Assembly: GCF_036365525.1 (NCBI RefSeq)
Contig: NW_027140807.1
Location: 1 to 64,000, forward strand
Origin: Heterodontus francisci
Lineage: Eukaryota
Length of the DNA stretch: 64,000 bases
Reading direction: 5' to 3'
The notes under the pieces were generated by a model that did no database searches, was not told the DNA's origin, and was given only the letters and a program-made list of their open reading frames with translations. Of the stretch, positions 23,697-37,590 are shown in pieces. Numbering within the stretch: position 1 is the first letter of the stretch; every line of letters starts with the position of its first letter. The translations under genes were made by a program, and so were the position numbers.

Positions 23697-24937
23697 CCAA
23701 CTTGATTGAATTTTTCGTGGCGGTGACTAGATGTATAGATAAGGGTCAAGCAGTTGATATAGTCTACATGGCTTTTGATAAAGTCCCGCATGGGAGATTG
23801 GTTAGGAAGGTCAGAGCCCATGGGATCCAGGGCAGTTTGGGAAAATGGATTCAAAATTGGTTTCTTCGCAGGAGGCAGAGGGTGATGGTCGAGGGTTTTT
23901 TTTCTGAGTGGAATCCTGTGAACAGTGGTGTACCACAGGGATCAGTGCTGGGACCCTTGCTGTTTGTGGTGTACATTAATGAATGAAGTGTGAATATAGG
24001 AGGTATGTTACGTAAGTTCGCAGATGACACAAAAATTGGTGGTGTCGCAAACAGTGAGGAGGAAAGCCTTAGATTACAGGACAATATAGATGGGCTGGTA
24101 GGATGGGCAGAGCAGTGGCAAATGGAGTTTAATCCTGGGAATTGTGAGGTGATGCATTTTGGGAGGACTAACAAGGCAAGGGAATATCCAATGGATGGTA
24201 GGACCCGAGGAAGTACAGGGTGTCAGAGGGATCTTGGTGTACTTGTCCATAGATCACTGAAGGCAGCAGCACAGGTAGATAAGGTGGTTAGGAAGGTACA
24301 TGCGATACTTGCCTTTATCAACCGAGGTATAGAATATAAGAACAGGGAGGTTATGATGGAGCTGTATAAAACACTAGTTAGGCCACATCTGGAGTAATGT
24401 GTACAGTTCTGGGCACCACACTATAGGAAGGATGTGATTGCACTGGAGAGGGTGCAGAGGAGATTCACCAGGATGTTGCCTGGGATGGAGCATTTCAGCT
24501 GTGAAGAGAGACTGAAAACACTATGGTCGTTTTCCTCAGAGCAGAGCATTCTGAGGGGTTACATTATTGTCTTTTTTGAAATTATGCGGGGTCCTGATAG
24601 GTTAGTTAGGAAGACATTTATCCCGTTCTTGGAGGGGTCAATAACCAGGTGGCATAGATTTAAGGTAAGAAGCAGGAGGTTTAGAGGGGATTTCATGAAA
24701 AAATGCTTCACACAGAGGGTGGTTGGAATCTAGAACACAGTGCCTGAAGAGGTGGGAGAGGCAGGAACCCTCACAACATTTCAGAAGTATTTAGATGAGA
24801 ACTTGTAACGCCATAGCATACAACGCTACGGGCCACGTGCTGCAATATTTGATTAATATAGTCAGGTCCTTGATGGCCGGCACAGACAGGATGGGCAGAA
24901 TGGCCTGCTTCTGTGCTGTGTAACTGTATGACTCTAG
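23697..24937 (+). mobile_element. 5'-truncated CR1 LINE (reverse transcriptase, with stops)
   Basis: TNLIEFF, AFDKVPH, SGVPQGSVLGP, KFADDTK and QRRFTRMLPG motifs; interrupts sequence that is contiguous upstream of V2. Confidence 0.92.
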
Positions 24938-25679
24938 ATGTGCTTTATAGAGAGATATCTCACCTGAAGTGATTGTAGAAACTCCTGGGGGAGACCTCAT
25001 TTCACCGCTCGGTATCTCAGGAGCGCAGTGAGCAGACAGTCAAACAAGGCGTCCCCTTATAAAGATTTCCAATCACAGGACAGCACTTTTAGTAATGCAG
25101 AAACTGGGACTGTTCTCCGGAGAGCAGAGATGGTTAGGAGGAGATGTGATAGTGAGGTTCAAAATCAGGAAGGGTTTAGACAGAGTAAATAAGGAGAAAC
25201 TGTTTGCAGTGGCAGAAGGGTCGGTAAAGAGAGGACAAGAATTAAAGGATTCACAAAAGAGGAAGAGGGAAGATTAGGAGTTTTTTCTTTAACTTGGTGA
25301 GTTATTCTGATCAGGAATGCACTGCCTGAAAGGATGGAGGAAGCAGATTCAACAGTCACTTTCAAAAGAGATTGGGATGTATATTTGAACAGGAAATATC
25401 TGCCACCCATTGAGGATAGAGTGTAGAGTGGGATGAAACAAGTAGATCTTTCAAAATGTTGGCACAGGAACGATGGGCCGAATAGCCTCTACTGTTCTGT
25501 ATGATTTTCAACTTCTCTGGAGATTATTTCCTCTGCTTTGGAAAGTACTGAAATGAGTCTTTGGATATTGAACTGTCACTCAGGGAGCACTTAGAATCTA
25601 TTGGAATATCCCACACTCTGCTGGGTTTGGAAAACTTCTCAAAGCTCCATCCATGAACGGTTAACTTTATGATCTCTCC

Positions 25680-26795
25680 TGGAAAGTATAAACAGGATTG
25701 GACCAAGTCAGCATGGGTTTGCGAAAGGGAAATCATGCTGAACAAATCTACTGCAGTTGTTTGAGGACTTAACACGTAGAATAGATAAGGGAGAACCAGT
25801 GGATCTGGTGTATTTGGATTTTCAAAAAGCTTTTAATAAGGTCCCACATAAGAGGTAAGCGTGCAAAATTAAAGCACATGGGATTGGGGGCAATATACTG
25901 GCATGGATTGAAAATTGGTTGACAGACATGAAACAGAGAGTAGGAATAAACGGGTCTTTTTTCCAGGAAGCAGACAGTGACCAGTGGGATATCACAGGGA
26001 TCAGTGCTTGGGCCCCAGCTATTCACAATATATATTAATGACTTGGGTGAGGGAACTAAATGTAACATTTCCAAGTTTGCAGATGACACAAAGCTCGGGG
26101 TAATGTGAGCTGTGAGGAGGATGCAAAAAGACTCCAATAAGATTTGGACAAGTTGGGTGAGTGGGCAAATGCATGGTAGATGCAGTATAATGTGGATAAA
26201 TGTGAGGTTATCCACTTTGGCTGTAAAAACAGAAAGGCAAATGATTATCTGAATGGTGATCGACTGGGAAAGGGGAGGTTCAGTGAGACCTGGGGATCCT
26301 TGTACCCCAGTTGCTGAAAGCAAGCATTCAGGTGCAGAAAGCAATTAGGAAGGCGAATGGTATGTTGGCCTTCGTTGCAGGAGGATTTGAGTACAGGAGC
26401 AAGGATTTCTTACTGCAGTTATACAGAGCCTTGGTGAGATCAGATCTGGAGTATTGTGTGCAGTTTTGGTCTCATTATCTGAGAAAGGATGTTCTTGCCA
26501 TGGAGGGAGTACAAAGAAGATTTACTAGGCTGATTCCTGGGATGGCAGGATTGACGTATGAGGAGAGATTGGGCCGACTAGGCCTATCTTAACTAGAGTT
26601 TAAAAGAATGAGAGGGAATCTCGTAGAAACCTCTAACATTCTAACAGGACTATACAGGCTAGAAGCAGGAAGGATGTTCCCGATGGCTGGGGAGTCCAGA
26701 ACCAGGGGTCACAGTCTCAGAATACAGGGTATGTCATTTACAGCAGAGATGAGGAGAAATGTCCACACTCAGAGGGTGGTGAACCTGTGGAATTC
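25680..26795 (+). mobile_element. Degenerate CR1 LINE (reverse transcriptase region)
   Basis: [34 protein letters not shown] and QRRFTRLIPG motifs with frameshifts. Confidence 0.9.
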
Positions 26796-26914
26796 TCCTG
26801 CTCTTATTTTCTGTGTTTCCATGTTTCCCTACTTGACTTTTCCTCTCTAACAGCTCACAGTATAAGAGGGTGGTATGTTTTTGACCCAGCCCTGCACCTG
26901 TTTGAATCACTGTG

Positions 26915-28081
26915 ATCACTAGCAGCACAGTAATACACCGCCCTGTCAGTCTGATCCACCCTCATTATTTTCAGGCTGCAGGATTTAAAATCGGGTCTGG
27001 TGACTTTAAATCTCTCCTTGAAACCCTCTTCAGGCCTGGGATCAGATGTACCAATCGAGTTCACTATGAGCTGTAACCCTGCTCCGCTCTGCTGGCGATA
27101 CCAGTACATGTAACTCTCGTTGGTGTCATTCTGGAAACAGTGCATTTCCGCAGTTGTCCCCTCTGCGACCATCAACCGGTTCCCCCACTGAGTAAGGAGG
27201 GCACTCCTGGACCGGGCTGTGGAGGAACATGAGAAACAGATCGGATCAAACATTTAAATAGGCACAGTAAGGACAGAGAGATACTTAATGTTTAAAATTG
27301 CGATGCACGCCACAGTCCATCAGTTCACTGAACAAACATACAGACCGGTCATCTCTGGAGGCTCAGTATCCGCTGGGCACACCTGCAGATGCGCCCAAAT
27401 CGCTGCACTTGGCCTCTGTGCCCATTGCTGGGGAGGACAAAAGTCAGCCAGCTTGCCCACTTTCCCCGCCGCCAACACTGGCTCTATTGCAATGTCCTTG
27501 CACCGTCCGCCAGTCCAGCGACACTGACTGGGTCAGCTCATTGACATTGTGGGCAATGTGCCCATAATCAGCTGCCTAGGACTGGCCAACCTTCAGGTAA
27601 TGGGCAGGGCGAACAAGGCAAGTTACATTTATTATTGAACAGAGTAAGAAACAATTAGGACCCAAAATAAAGGCATTTAAAGAGCCAGAGATGATACAGC
27701 TCAGCAGGAGGCCCTTCGGCCAATCGCCCCTGTGCTAGCTTTTTGAAGAACCTTTCCAAATATTCCAACTCCCCTGCTCTTTACCCAGAGTCCTGCAAAT
27801 ATTGCCCATTCAGGAATTTATCCAGGTCTCTCTTTTTTTTTAAAGAAAAGGTTGCAATTGCATCCACCCGGCTTTCAGACAATGTATTCCAGAGCAGAAC
27901 AATTCACTGCTTCAAACAGTGAAGAATCCTCCAAGTGATCGAACTGTTTGAAGACTTTCAGCAACAACGAGAATTGATGTTGTCCAGAAGCAGATTAATC
28001 CGGTCCCGGATTTCCCTACAAGTAGGAGCAGTAACCTGGGAGCAACAGAAACAGTAGATGGAGGTAAACAGTACACAGCAT
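26915..28081 (-). CDS. TRBV: TCR beta V gene V2 (family A): leader 28036-28081 (MLCTVYLHLLFLLLP), V exon 26915-27216
   Basis: Paralogue of V1, open frame to YYCAASD; 23-RSS heptamer 26908-26914, nonamer 26876-26884. Confidence 0.92.
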
Positions 28082-28862
28082 GATGCAGGAATGTGAACCG
28101 TGCTTTCAACCTTCCAGCTTCGTCCCGCTCTCACACACACTGCAGTCCTATTGGTCCTGCACATGTCTTTGTCATCTAGGGTGCAAGTGACGTTATTGCA
28201 AGGGCAACCAATAGAACGACCCTTGTGTATCCAAGCAAATCAGATCCTCCTTTCCAATGTCTGAATGTAAGAATTAGAATGACACAGGACTGACTTGCAA
28301 AGTCCCATCTATTGCAGGGTTTGGGGATGTTCAGAAAGATTGGAACGGTTGACAAATATGTACTTTAAAGAGAGATATGTGATGTGAAGTGACTGTAGAA
28401 ACTCATGGGGGAGAACTCATTTCACCAATCAGCATTTCAGGTGGCCAGTGAGTGGATAGTTAAGCCAGACCTCTCTGTATAAACCTTCCCCATCATAGGA
28501 CAGCTGTATTAGTAATGTAGAAACTGGGACTGTCCTCCTTAGAGCAGAGAAGGTTAAGAGGAGATTTGATATAGAGGTTCAAAATCAGGAAGGGTTTTGA
28601 TAGAGTAAATAAGGAGAATCTGTTTGCAATGGTAGAAGGGTCAGTAAACATGGGACACGGATTGAAGGTGATTCATCAAAGAACCAGAGAATGTCTGGAG
28701 GCTCGGTGTCCGCTGCACAGAACTGAATCTGCTCGAAATCAATAGCAAAACCAAAGCTCTGAAGGATTTACCTGATTGGAAACTTTTCATATCAACAAGA
28801 GTTGCTGATGTTCAAAGCTGATTAACTGGTTCCCGAATTACCCTCCAAATAGGAGCAATAAC

Positions 28863-28908
28863 CTGGGAGCAGCAGAAACAGCAGGTGTAGGTAAACAGTA
28901 CACAGCAT
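28863..28908 (-). other. Orphan family-A leader exon (MLCTVYLHLLFLLLP) with no V exon of its own
   Basis: Same peptide as the V2 leader, ATG and GT donor intact; no V exon before the V2 leader. Confidence 0.8.
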
Positions 28909-29389
28909 GATGTGGGAATTTGAAGCCTCCTATCTCAGCCCCCTTGTCACACTCTGCAGACCTCTCTACCTCCCTCTGCGCCTCCTCTGGTGTTGAAGTG
29001 CGGAGATGCCGTCACTGCATGACCGTCCAATAGAACCTCTTGTTTCTCAATGCAAAGCACATTGTTCCTCCTTAGTTGTGAAGAATATTGAATGGACAGC
29101 AATGACTTGCAATGTGCAAGCAATTCCAGAGGTTCGGGAATCCCCTGAAGGGTGCAATGTGTGGAGGTGTAGATTATTTGGAGAGTTTGGAAGAGTTAGG
29201 ACTGTCTTCCTCTTCACAGAGAAGGTGAAGAGGAGATTCAATAGAGGTGTTCAGAACCATGAGGGGTTTTGATAGGGTAAGTAATGAGACACTGTTTGCA
29301 GTGACAGGAGGGTCGGTAACCAGAGGGGCACAGATTTGAAATCATGGGCAAAAGAACCTATGTCCCCTCGTCCTTGTACCATCAGCTCA

Positions 29390-30062
29390 TGAGAAAAACA
29401 CCAAAAAAATCAACAAAAGCCTCAGCAGGTGAAAAACACCAATAAATTCAACAACATTAGCAGGAAAATAAATCAACAATTTCAACAACAATTTCAACAG
29501 GAGAAAAACACCAACAAACTCAACAACAACCTCACCAGGTGAAAAACACCAACAAACTCAACAACAACCTCAGCAGGAAAAAGCACCAGAACATTCAACA
29601 ACAACTTCAACAGGTGATAAACACCAACTAATTCAACAGAAACCTCAGCAGGTGAAAAACACCAATAAATTCAACGACATTAGCAGGAAACAAAATCAAC
29701 AATTTCAGCAGGAGAAAAACACCAACAAATTCAACAACAACCTCAACATATGAAAAACACCAACAAACGCAGCAACAACTTCAGCAGGAAAAGTCACCAC
29801 AAAATTCAACAACAACCTCAACAGGTGAAAAACACCATCAAATGCAGCAACAACTTCAGCAGGTGAAAAACAGCAACAAATTGAACAACAACTTCAGCAG
29901 GAGATAAACACCAACAAATTCAACAACAACCTCAACAGGTGAAAAACAGCAACAATTTCAACAACAACTTCAATCAGAAGAAGGCACCAACAAATAAAAC
30001 AACAATTTCAGTCTGAGAAAAACACCAAAAAATTCTACAACAACCTCAGCAGGAGGAAACCC
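29390..30062. repeat. AAC-rich ~38-bp minisatellite (~17 diverged copies)
   Basis: Unit caacaaattcaacaacaacctcagcaggtgaaaaacac. Confidence 0.85.
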
Positions 30063-31459
30063 TCAACATATTGAGAGTGGAAAGGGATTGGTGAAGCTGG
30101 TAGAAATAACACAGCAGGCACATGAGCATTTTGTGGGAGTTTAGGATGGAGGGTTACTGGGGAATGTTAATGAGGGATGCTGGATGGCAGCTCCCCCAAG
30201 TGACTGTGCATGTATCGCGTGAATGGAGGAGGCTGGGGTTAGCAACGGAGCAGTGAGGGGAAAGATTGAAACAGGCCAGATGATGTGTCTGGGAGTGGGG
30301 AATGGCCACGCAGTGTAAAAACACCCGTGTTGAGGCCTCTATTCTATTTTCTTTCTGAATCTCTCTACCTGCTTTCAGTCACAGGATGTGGTTGTGCCTC
30401 TGATGTGCAGCATTCAGTGCCCACCACCTCACTGCCCTTGAGAAGGCGGCGATGAGCCCACCCCCATTGCTGTCTGTGCCCATCACAGCTTTTGTACGAG
30501 CGACTGTCTTGCCCGGCCAATTCAGAGGGCCCTTTAAGAATCAACCATATTGTTGTGGGACTGGAGTCACCTCTTCAGCCAGACCGGATAAGGATGGCAG
30601 TTATCCTTCTCTCTGTGACAGATGAGGTTTTAGTCCAAGACAGTAGGTTAATGTTCACCGTGACTGAGAGCAGCTTTTCATCAATTCCAGCTTTATCTAA
30701 TGAAGGGAATAGAAATAATCTAGCATGCTGGGATTTGAATTCACATCTCCAGGATATTAGCCCAGGCCCTTATATTACTAGCCCAGTAACATAACACTTT
30801 GCTACCTTACCCTTTAACCTACTGTTTTGCCTCAGCCCTAGGAGTGGAAAAATACAAATGTGTGTAGGGTAAACCCACAGAACAGGCTGTTTCTCTTTCT
30901 TGCTGCATCCGTGAACATGTTGAAACATTTACAGCTGCACTCTGATAACCACACATCCTGACGGTGCCTTTCCTGTCTCTGTGTCTCTCTGTACAATGCG
31001 ATTCTGTTGCTGTATTGTGCTGACAAAGTCCTTCCACAACAGCATGCAAAGGAAACAGTGCAGAGGAACTTACAGGTGGTTAAGGGGACAATTTGAATGA
31101 ACAGGGGAGATAGGAGGAGTTGCACTAGCTGGGTTGATCTTGCAGAGAGCTGGCATGGACTCGATGGGCCGAATGGCCACCTTCTATACTGTAACCAGTC
31201 TCTGATTCTATGATCGATTTCCTGTGGTCGGAGAATCTGAAAATATCTTTGATCAGTCAATCAAGTGTGAAGGAAATGCAACACCCAACATGTTTACATT
31301 GCTTGTTCTTTATTCCCTCAGGTAGAGAAGATTAAACGGTGATCTGACTGAGGTGTTTAAAACGATTGAATGGGTTGACAGGGTAGATAGAGATAAACTG
31401 CTTCCTCTTGTTGGGGGCGGGGTACGGGGGCAGAACAGCAGAGAAGGAGCCTGTTCGGC

Positions 31460-32190
31460 CCTTCGAGTCCATGCGGGCTCTCTGTACAGCAATCCAGTTT
31501 GTCCCATTCCTCAAGCAAGTTTATTTCTCTCCAAGTTCCTGTCTATTTTCATATTGAAATCATTCATTCTCTCTGATTCCACCACCCTGGTAGGCAGTGA
31601 GTTCCAGGTCATTACACCTCACTGCGTAAACAAGATATTCCTCACCTCGCCCCTGTATCTCTTGCCCAAAACCGTACATCTGTGTCCCCGAGCCCTTGTA
31701 CCCATCAGCTCATGGGAACAGCTTTTCATTGTCTACTTTACCTAAACCTCTCTTCATTTTGTACACTTCTATCAAATCTCCCCTCAATTTCCTTTGCTCC
31801 AAGGAGAACAACCCCAGCTTCAACAACCGAATCATGTAGCTAAAATCTCTCATCCCTGGAACCATCCCAATCCATCTCCTTTACACCCTCTCAAGGACCC
31901 TACAACGTTCCTCAAGTGTAGTGACCAGAACTGGACTCAATACTCAAGTTGGGGCCGAACAAGAGCCTTATAAATGTTTCGCTCAATCTCTCTGCTTTTG
32001 AACTCTACACCTCTATTTATAAATCTCGAGATCCCATAAGCTTTGTGAACCTCTCTCTCCATATGTCCTGCCACCTTCAAAGATCTATGCACATTAACCC
32101 CCAGGTCCCTCTGTCCTTGAACACTCTTCAGGCCTGTGTCATTAAGTCTGTATTTCCTCTCTGTCTCCCTTCTGCCAAAATGAATCACCT
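31460..32190 (-). mobile_element. CR1 LINE 3' fragment
   Basis: IHFGR...QRDLGVNVHRSLKVA...YKALVRPQLEY peptide in the ORF track. Confidence 0.8.
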
Positions 32191-33670
32191 GATAGCAATG
32201 TAGTTCACTGTTAACTGCCTCTGAGATGGGCTAGCAAGTCATTCAGTTCAGGGCAATTCGGCATAGGTAATGAATTCTGACCTTGTCAGTGATGTGCACA
32301 TCCCTGAATATGTGCTTCTTTATATAAAATTCCTCCTTCTCCATTTTTCTTTCACTGTTTTCTGACTTTGCTTCCCCTCTTTACTTCCTTCAGATCATCT
32401 GTTTTAGTATATCACAAGTGTTGGTCAAACCAGTCACTATGAACGAGCAGACTTGGGGAAATCCAATTGTCTATTTTGTGTGGAATGGTTATGATTTTAA
32501 TCTGTTTCAGAGTTAGTGGAATTGACTATTAGGTGGATGGGTCAAGTCACTGCTGCATTGCTCGCTCAGTCTCTCCAGAAGCAAGTGGGACTCAGGCTGC
32601 GGTGGAGCTCCATCCCCATCTGGTGGCTGTAATGTGTAACTACAGGCACCTGAGATTTGCAAAGTGCAATTGATAAAATAGGCATTATGAAGACATGCTT
32701 TGAAATTGCTCCGTCTTCCCATTTTTTATCCATTGCTTCAGCTGGTGACGCTAGTGACATCGAATTAGAAGGAAATTGCAGCACAGATTCAGGCTATTCG
32801 GCCCGATGGCCCCACGTTCCAGACTAGCCTGGGGCAGATGGTGGTGTAGTTGTCATGTCACTGAGCTGGTGTACCAGAGGCGGGGGTGAATCTCCAGGGG
32901 ACATGCGTTAGAATCCCACCAGGTCAGATGGTGGAATTTAAATTCAATTAATGAATAAATGCAATTATTTCATCAGAAAATCTGCAATTGAAAACTAGTC
33001 TCAGTTAAGGTGTCCTGACACCCAGCTGGCTCACTCATGTCTTTTCGGGAAGGAAATCATCCGTCCAAACCCGCTCTGAAAACCTCAACATACTGAGTTT
33101 CACCTCCTCAATGAACAGACCTGATTAATACAGCCCCTCCACCAGCGCAGTGAGGATATCACAACATGTCAGTGTGAAGCCTTCTGTTCTGAAAACTGTC
33201 TCTCACTTGATCACATGAAGTGAGCACCAGATCTCCCGTTATTCCACCTGGAAACAGGGAGCACGGGAGTGGGGGGCGGGGGGAATGTTACTTTAGACTT
33301 GGCACGATAGATGTGGGAGTTGTGCTAAAGTCACGATGGAAATTCAGGCTCTCTCCTAGTTTCCTACAAACACCTGGGCCAATGTAATTGCAAAATAGAA
33401 CCTGGAAATCTACAAACTGGCATCTGGGTGCAAATATTTCAAGGTTGGAATGATATAAATGTCACTTAATGCCCCCTAAACAATCATATTAAAGGCTCAT
33501 CTACGGGATATCAAATCATTGAGTTTTTTTTTCGCATTGCCGGAATATATTGTGTGAAATAGGTGAGAAGTGAAAAATTTCAGAAGCAGCCAAGTTGACC
33601 TGTGGAGCTGCTGTGGGGAAAGCTCACTCTGTCTGAGCATGTTCTCGGCAGCGGCTGCAGTGGAGTAACA

Positions 33671-33684
33671 CTGGCACCTAGTGG
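33671..33684 (-). promoter_or_regulatory. Candidate CTCF site with upstream TGCAG module, D-facing
   Basis: Minus strand TGCAGTTGCAGCTGGAG-CCACTAGGTGCCAG; duplicated at 38235-38248. Confidence 0.55.
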
Positions 33685-35089
33685 CTCCAGCTGCAACTGC
33701 AAGCACCGATTCTGCAGGCGTTTCAGTGTCAGACCCTGAACCTGTTTCAGTCATTAGTTATCTTCTCCTACTCGACTCGTTTTGGCGCTTGTGGCACAGA
33801 ACTAGATGGAAGTTAGTGCACAGATCCGCGCCATTCGGCCTGACAGCTCCCTGCTTCACTCAAGCCTCAGCCAGTCAAATACATATTGAAGTGCACTGTT
33901 GTCATGTCGGTAAGGAGGCAGACAAGCTGCAAGATCAAGTGCAGCGTTATTCATAAAGAAAAGGGAGTGGGAGTAATTGGACAGGGAGGGTGAAAACCAG
34001 GGATCATAAATGTAAGGTAGTCCTTAATAAATCCAATTCGGAATTCAGGAGGAGGTTCTTTAACCCAGGGAACGTTGAGAATGTAGAATTGGCGACCAAA
34101 TGGAATGGGTTGAGATCGAATAGAGACGATGCAGTTAAGGGGGGAGCTGATTAAATACATGAGTGAGAAAGGAATAGAAGAATCTGCTGATGGTGCAAGA
34201 TAGAGAGAGATGGGAGGAGGTCGCTCTTTCGAACAGCCAGGCCAGGATCGTTGGGCTGAATGGCCTGGATCTATCCTGCATGATTCTATGATCCAATAAG
34301 ACCCGTCAACCTGCTGCCTTGTTTCAGTTTCATTTCCCCCCTTGTGCTAAACGGGAGTTAAAGGGTTAAGTTCTTCACCGCACTGAACTCCAGTCACTGT
34401 GAAAATTCTTCAAAAGACCCCGAGAGACTGAGAGACAAATGGGTTAACAGTTTTGAACAGATGCTGAAGCCGCCGTCTGGAGGCAGGTGTTCCAGTCAGA
34501 GACGGATCTGGAGAGGTGTTTCGCCTTTGCACTGTATGAATCATCAGAGACATGATTAAAGGTTCCAAGATCAACCATTTCCTATTTGTATGGACTTGTG
34601 TCCATTAGAGTAATGAGGGTAAGGGGAGATTTGAAAGATGTGGTCAGAAGTGTCTTGATAGAGAAACTGTATCCAGATGGTTGTATCTACTGTCAGGAGG
34701 GTCGATAAACCAGGAACCAAGAATTGAAGGTAATTGGGAAAGGAACCAGAGTGGGAGATGAGTGGAATCTTTCTCCTCAGTGAATTGTTATCATGTGGAG
34801 GGCACTGACTGAAAGGGCGGTGGAAGACCATCCAATAGTAACTTCCAGATGTCAATTGGAGAAGTAGATGAAGGGGAGATTTATTAGTGCAATGGAGAAC
34901 TAGTCAGTGAATGGGAACTAGTTAGACAACTCTGTCAAAGAGCCAGTTCATTCAACAGCAGACATAGAAACTGACAGATAGTCAGAGTGATAGAATAACA
35001 CCCCAGATAGACAGGTCTATCTCCCATAAGTGAGTTCTGTCAATGTTTAGAGTTTTTGCTGAACTCCGGCGCCTTTCTGAGTCACTGTG

Positions 35090-35703
35090 CTGACTCCAGG
35101 CACAGTAATACACGGCTGATTGATTCGCCAACAGGCTGGAGGACTCCAGGTAAAAATGGGTGTTGTCGGGTATCCTAGCGGTGAAACCGTCCACCTCACC
35201 GGAGGGGTTGACCGTTCCGGCGGGGTAGGAATAGAAAAGATTCTCGGGCTCACGGTCCGGATGCCACCGGTACCAGTAGAAATAGGACGTAGCAGTTGCT
35301 TCAGTGTAAATACACTGGATCCTGACTGGAGATCCTGGGGAATGGGATATGGAAGCAGGAGTCTGTTGGATCAACACGGCCCCCACTTCTGTAAAACAGA
35401 GAGGGAACGAGGGAGATAAACCCAAGGACAATGTCAATAAAGATATCAACAAGAAGAGGTAGAGGCGGGCAGACAGAGAGATAAAGAGAGAGGTGGGGAC
35501 CAGTTGGAGGCAGAGATAAAGGCAGAGAGAGAGATAGAGAGAGAATGAGAGACAGAGAAAGAATTATAGAGGGAGAAGGAGAGAGACAAAGACAGACAGA
35601 GACTGAGAAGCAGAGACACATGTACATCATTGTCACCTCACAGTTCAGACACCTCCTTACCCGTTAACACCAACAACACAACCCAGAGCTGAGACAAAGA
35701 CAT
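35090..35703 (-). CDS. TRBV: TCR beta V gene V3 (family B): leader 35661-35703 (MSLSQLWVVLLVLT), V exon 35090-35388
   Basis: IQC...WYRW...AVYYCAWS; 23-RSS heptamer 35083-35089, nonamer 35051-35059; GTAAGG donor; TATA-like ATATAAAA at ~35730-35737. Confidence 0.93.
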
Positions 35704-36979
35704 CTCTGGAGGGTGAAGGATCCGTGTGGTTTTATATGAAATGACTGAGCACTTTTATTGTCGAGTATCTCAAAGTTCTGGGCACTGACTGAAATTCACA
35801 GCTTCCTTCTCCATCACTTTATCATTCGGATAGGCGGGACCCAGTTTTCTTTCATTTCCGGGGAGGGACCAATGTTAGACTCCTGGTAATCGCTTTCTGG
35901 AACTGCAGTTCTGTGTCATTGACATCTGCAGCCCGATCATTCGGAGCTCTCTCCAAATATGTGCACCTAGTACTCCAGGTGTGTTCTCACCAAGACCCAA
36001 TACAAGTGTAATACGACTTCCTTATTCTTGTACTCCCATCCCCCTTGCAATAAAGACCAACATGCCTGAAATTCAACAGAAGCACTTCATTGGCTGTAGA
36101 ACTCCTTGGGAAGTTCCAGATCGGCTTTCCAACTTTCTCCCCTCTTTCAGATACTGACGTTGACTATATAGAATTGCAGACAATATAGAACACAGCATCA
36201 GGTGAACGGATCTATACAGGTGTTGATGTTCCACAGATACATCCTTTCATCCCTCTTTATCTCAACCTCTCAGCATCTCCTGTCAGTCCTTTCTGCCTCG
36301 TATGTCTACTAGTATCCCACTGAATACTATTTGCCTCCACCACTGCCTATGGTGGTTCGTTCCCCATTCTCACCAATCTCTGGGTAATGAAGTTTGTCCT
36401 GAATTCACGTCTGGATTTGTACTGAGTATTTTATACCTTATAGTTCTGGTCTTGGGCCTCAAGTGAAAATATCTTCTCTACGACTATCCTATCAAACCTA
36501 TTAATAATATTAAAGACTTCTTATCTGGGCACCCCTCATTTCTAGAGAAGGACCCCTGCCTGTTCGATCTCTACTGTTATGTATAATTATACCGTGATCT
36601 AAATGTGGTCTAACCAATGTATATAGACGCCAGAACTGTGCACAGTGCTCCAGTTTTGATCTAACCAATGTATAATGAGAATGGAACAGTGCACAGTTCT
36701 CCAAATGAAGTCTAACCAAGGAATGAGGAGTCCTGAAATGTTGACAGTGCACCCAGTGTGTTTGAACCAAGGAGGTTGGAGGCCAAACATGTGCAAATTC
36801 CAATTTTGGAACCCAGGTACATGAAGATAAAACTGTGGATGAGGCCCTGCTCTTTGAGTTGGTGGAAAAATTACGTGAGTTTGAGGTCAGTCTGTATGTG
36901 GTTCTTTGTCTAGACAGTGGATAACTCTGAACTGCTTTGTCCTGTCAGTCACTGTAAATAAATGCACCTCCACATTGAC

Positions 36980-37590
36980 CTTACCTTGGAGAACCTACAG
37001 TCGACACTTCAAAGCACAGGAGAAGTAACACCAGAGGTGCCTCCGCATTAACCTCCAAATCCAGTGGCAAAACAGGTAGTCCAACAGCATCGTCCTCTCC
37101 CAAACCAATCTGTCTAGTGTCAGGGTTCGAGTCACCCAAAACCAGCTCCACTGGCTAGGACATGTCATTCACATTCCTGCCACCAGACTCCCCAAAGAAG
37201 CAGTTCTACTCAGAACTTAGCCGTGTCAGGAGACTCCCAGGAGGACAGCGGAAACGTTTTAGAGATGTCCTCACAGCATCCCTGGAGAGATGAAACATCC
37301 GCATTGACTCCTGGGAGAACATGGCTCCTGAACGTCCCAGTTGGAGAAAGGACATACGGGAAGGCATTGGACACCTCGAGGAACTTAAGGAACATGCAGA
37401 GGTAAGGCCGAGGCATCGGAGGGAGCGCACAAACCTGCAAACTACTCACCTGCCTGATCCTCAAAGCACCACCTGCCCATCATGTGACAGAGTCTGCAGA
37501 TCATACACTGGACTCATCAGCCATCTCAGAACCCATTGAACCGGAGTGGAAGCAAGTCATCCTCAATCCAGGGGGAACTGCCTAAGAAGG
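36980..37590 (+). mobile_element. RTE-type LINE 3' fragment
   Basis: NQLHWLGHV...LYSEL...GGQRKRFRD motifs and C-terminal CPSCDRVCRSYTGLISHLRTH zinc finger. Confidence 0.75.
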
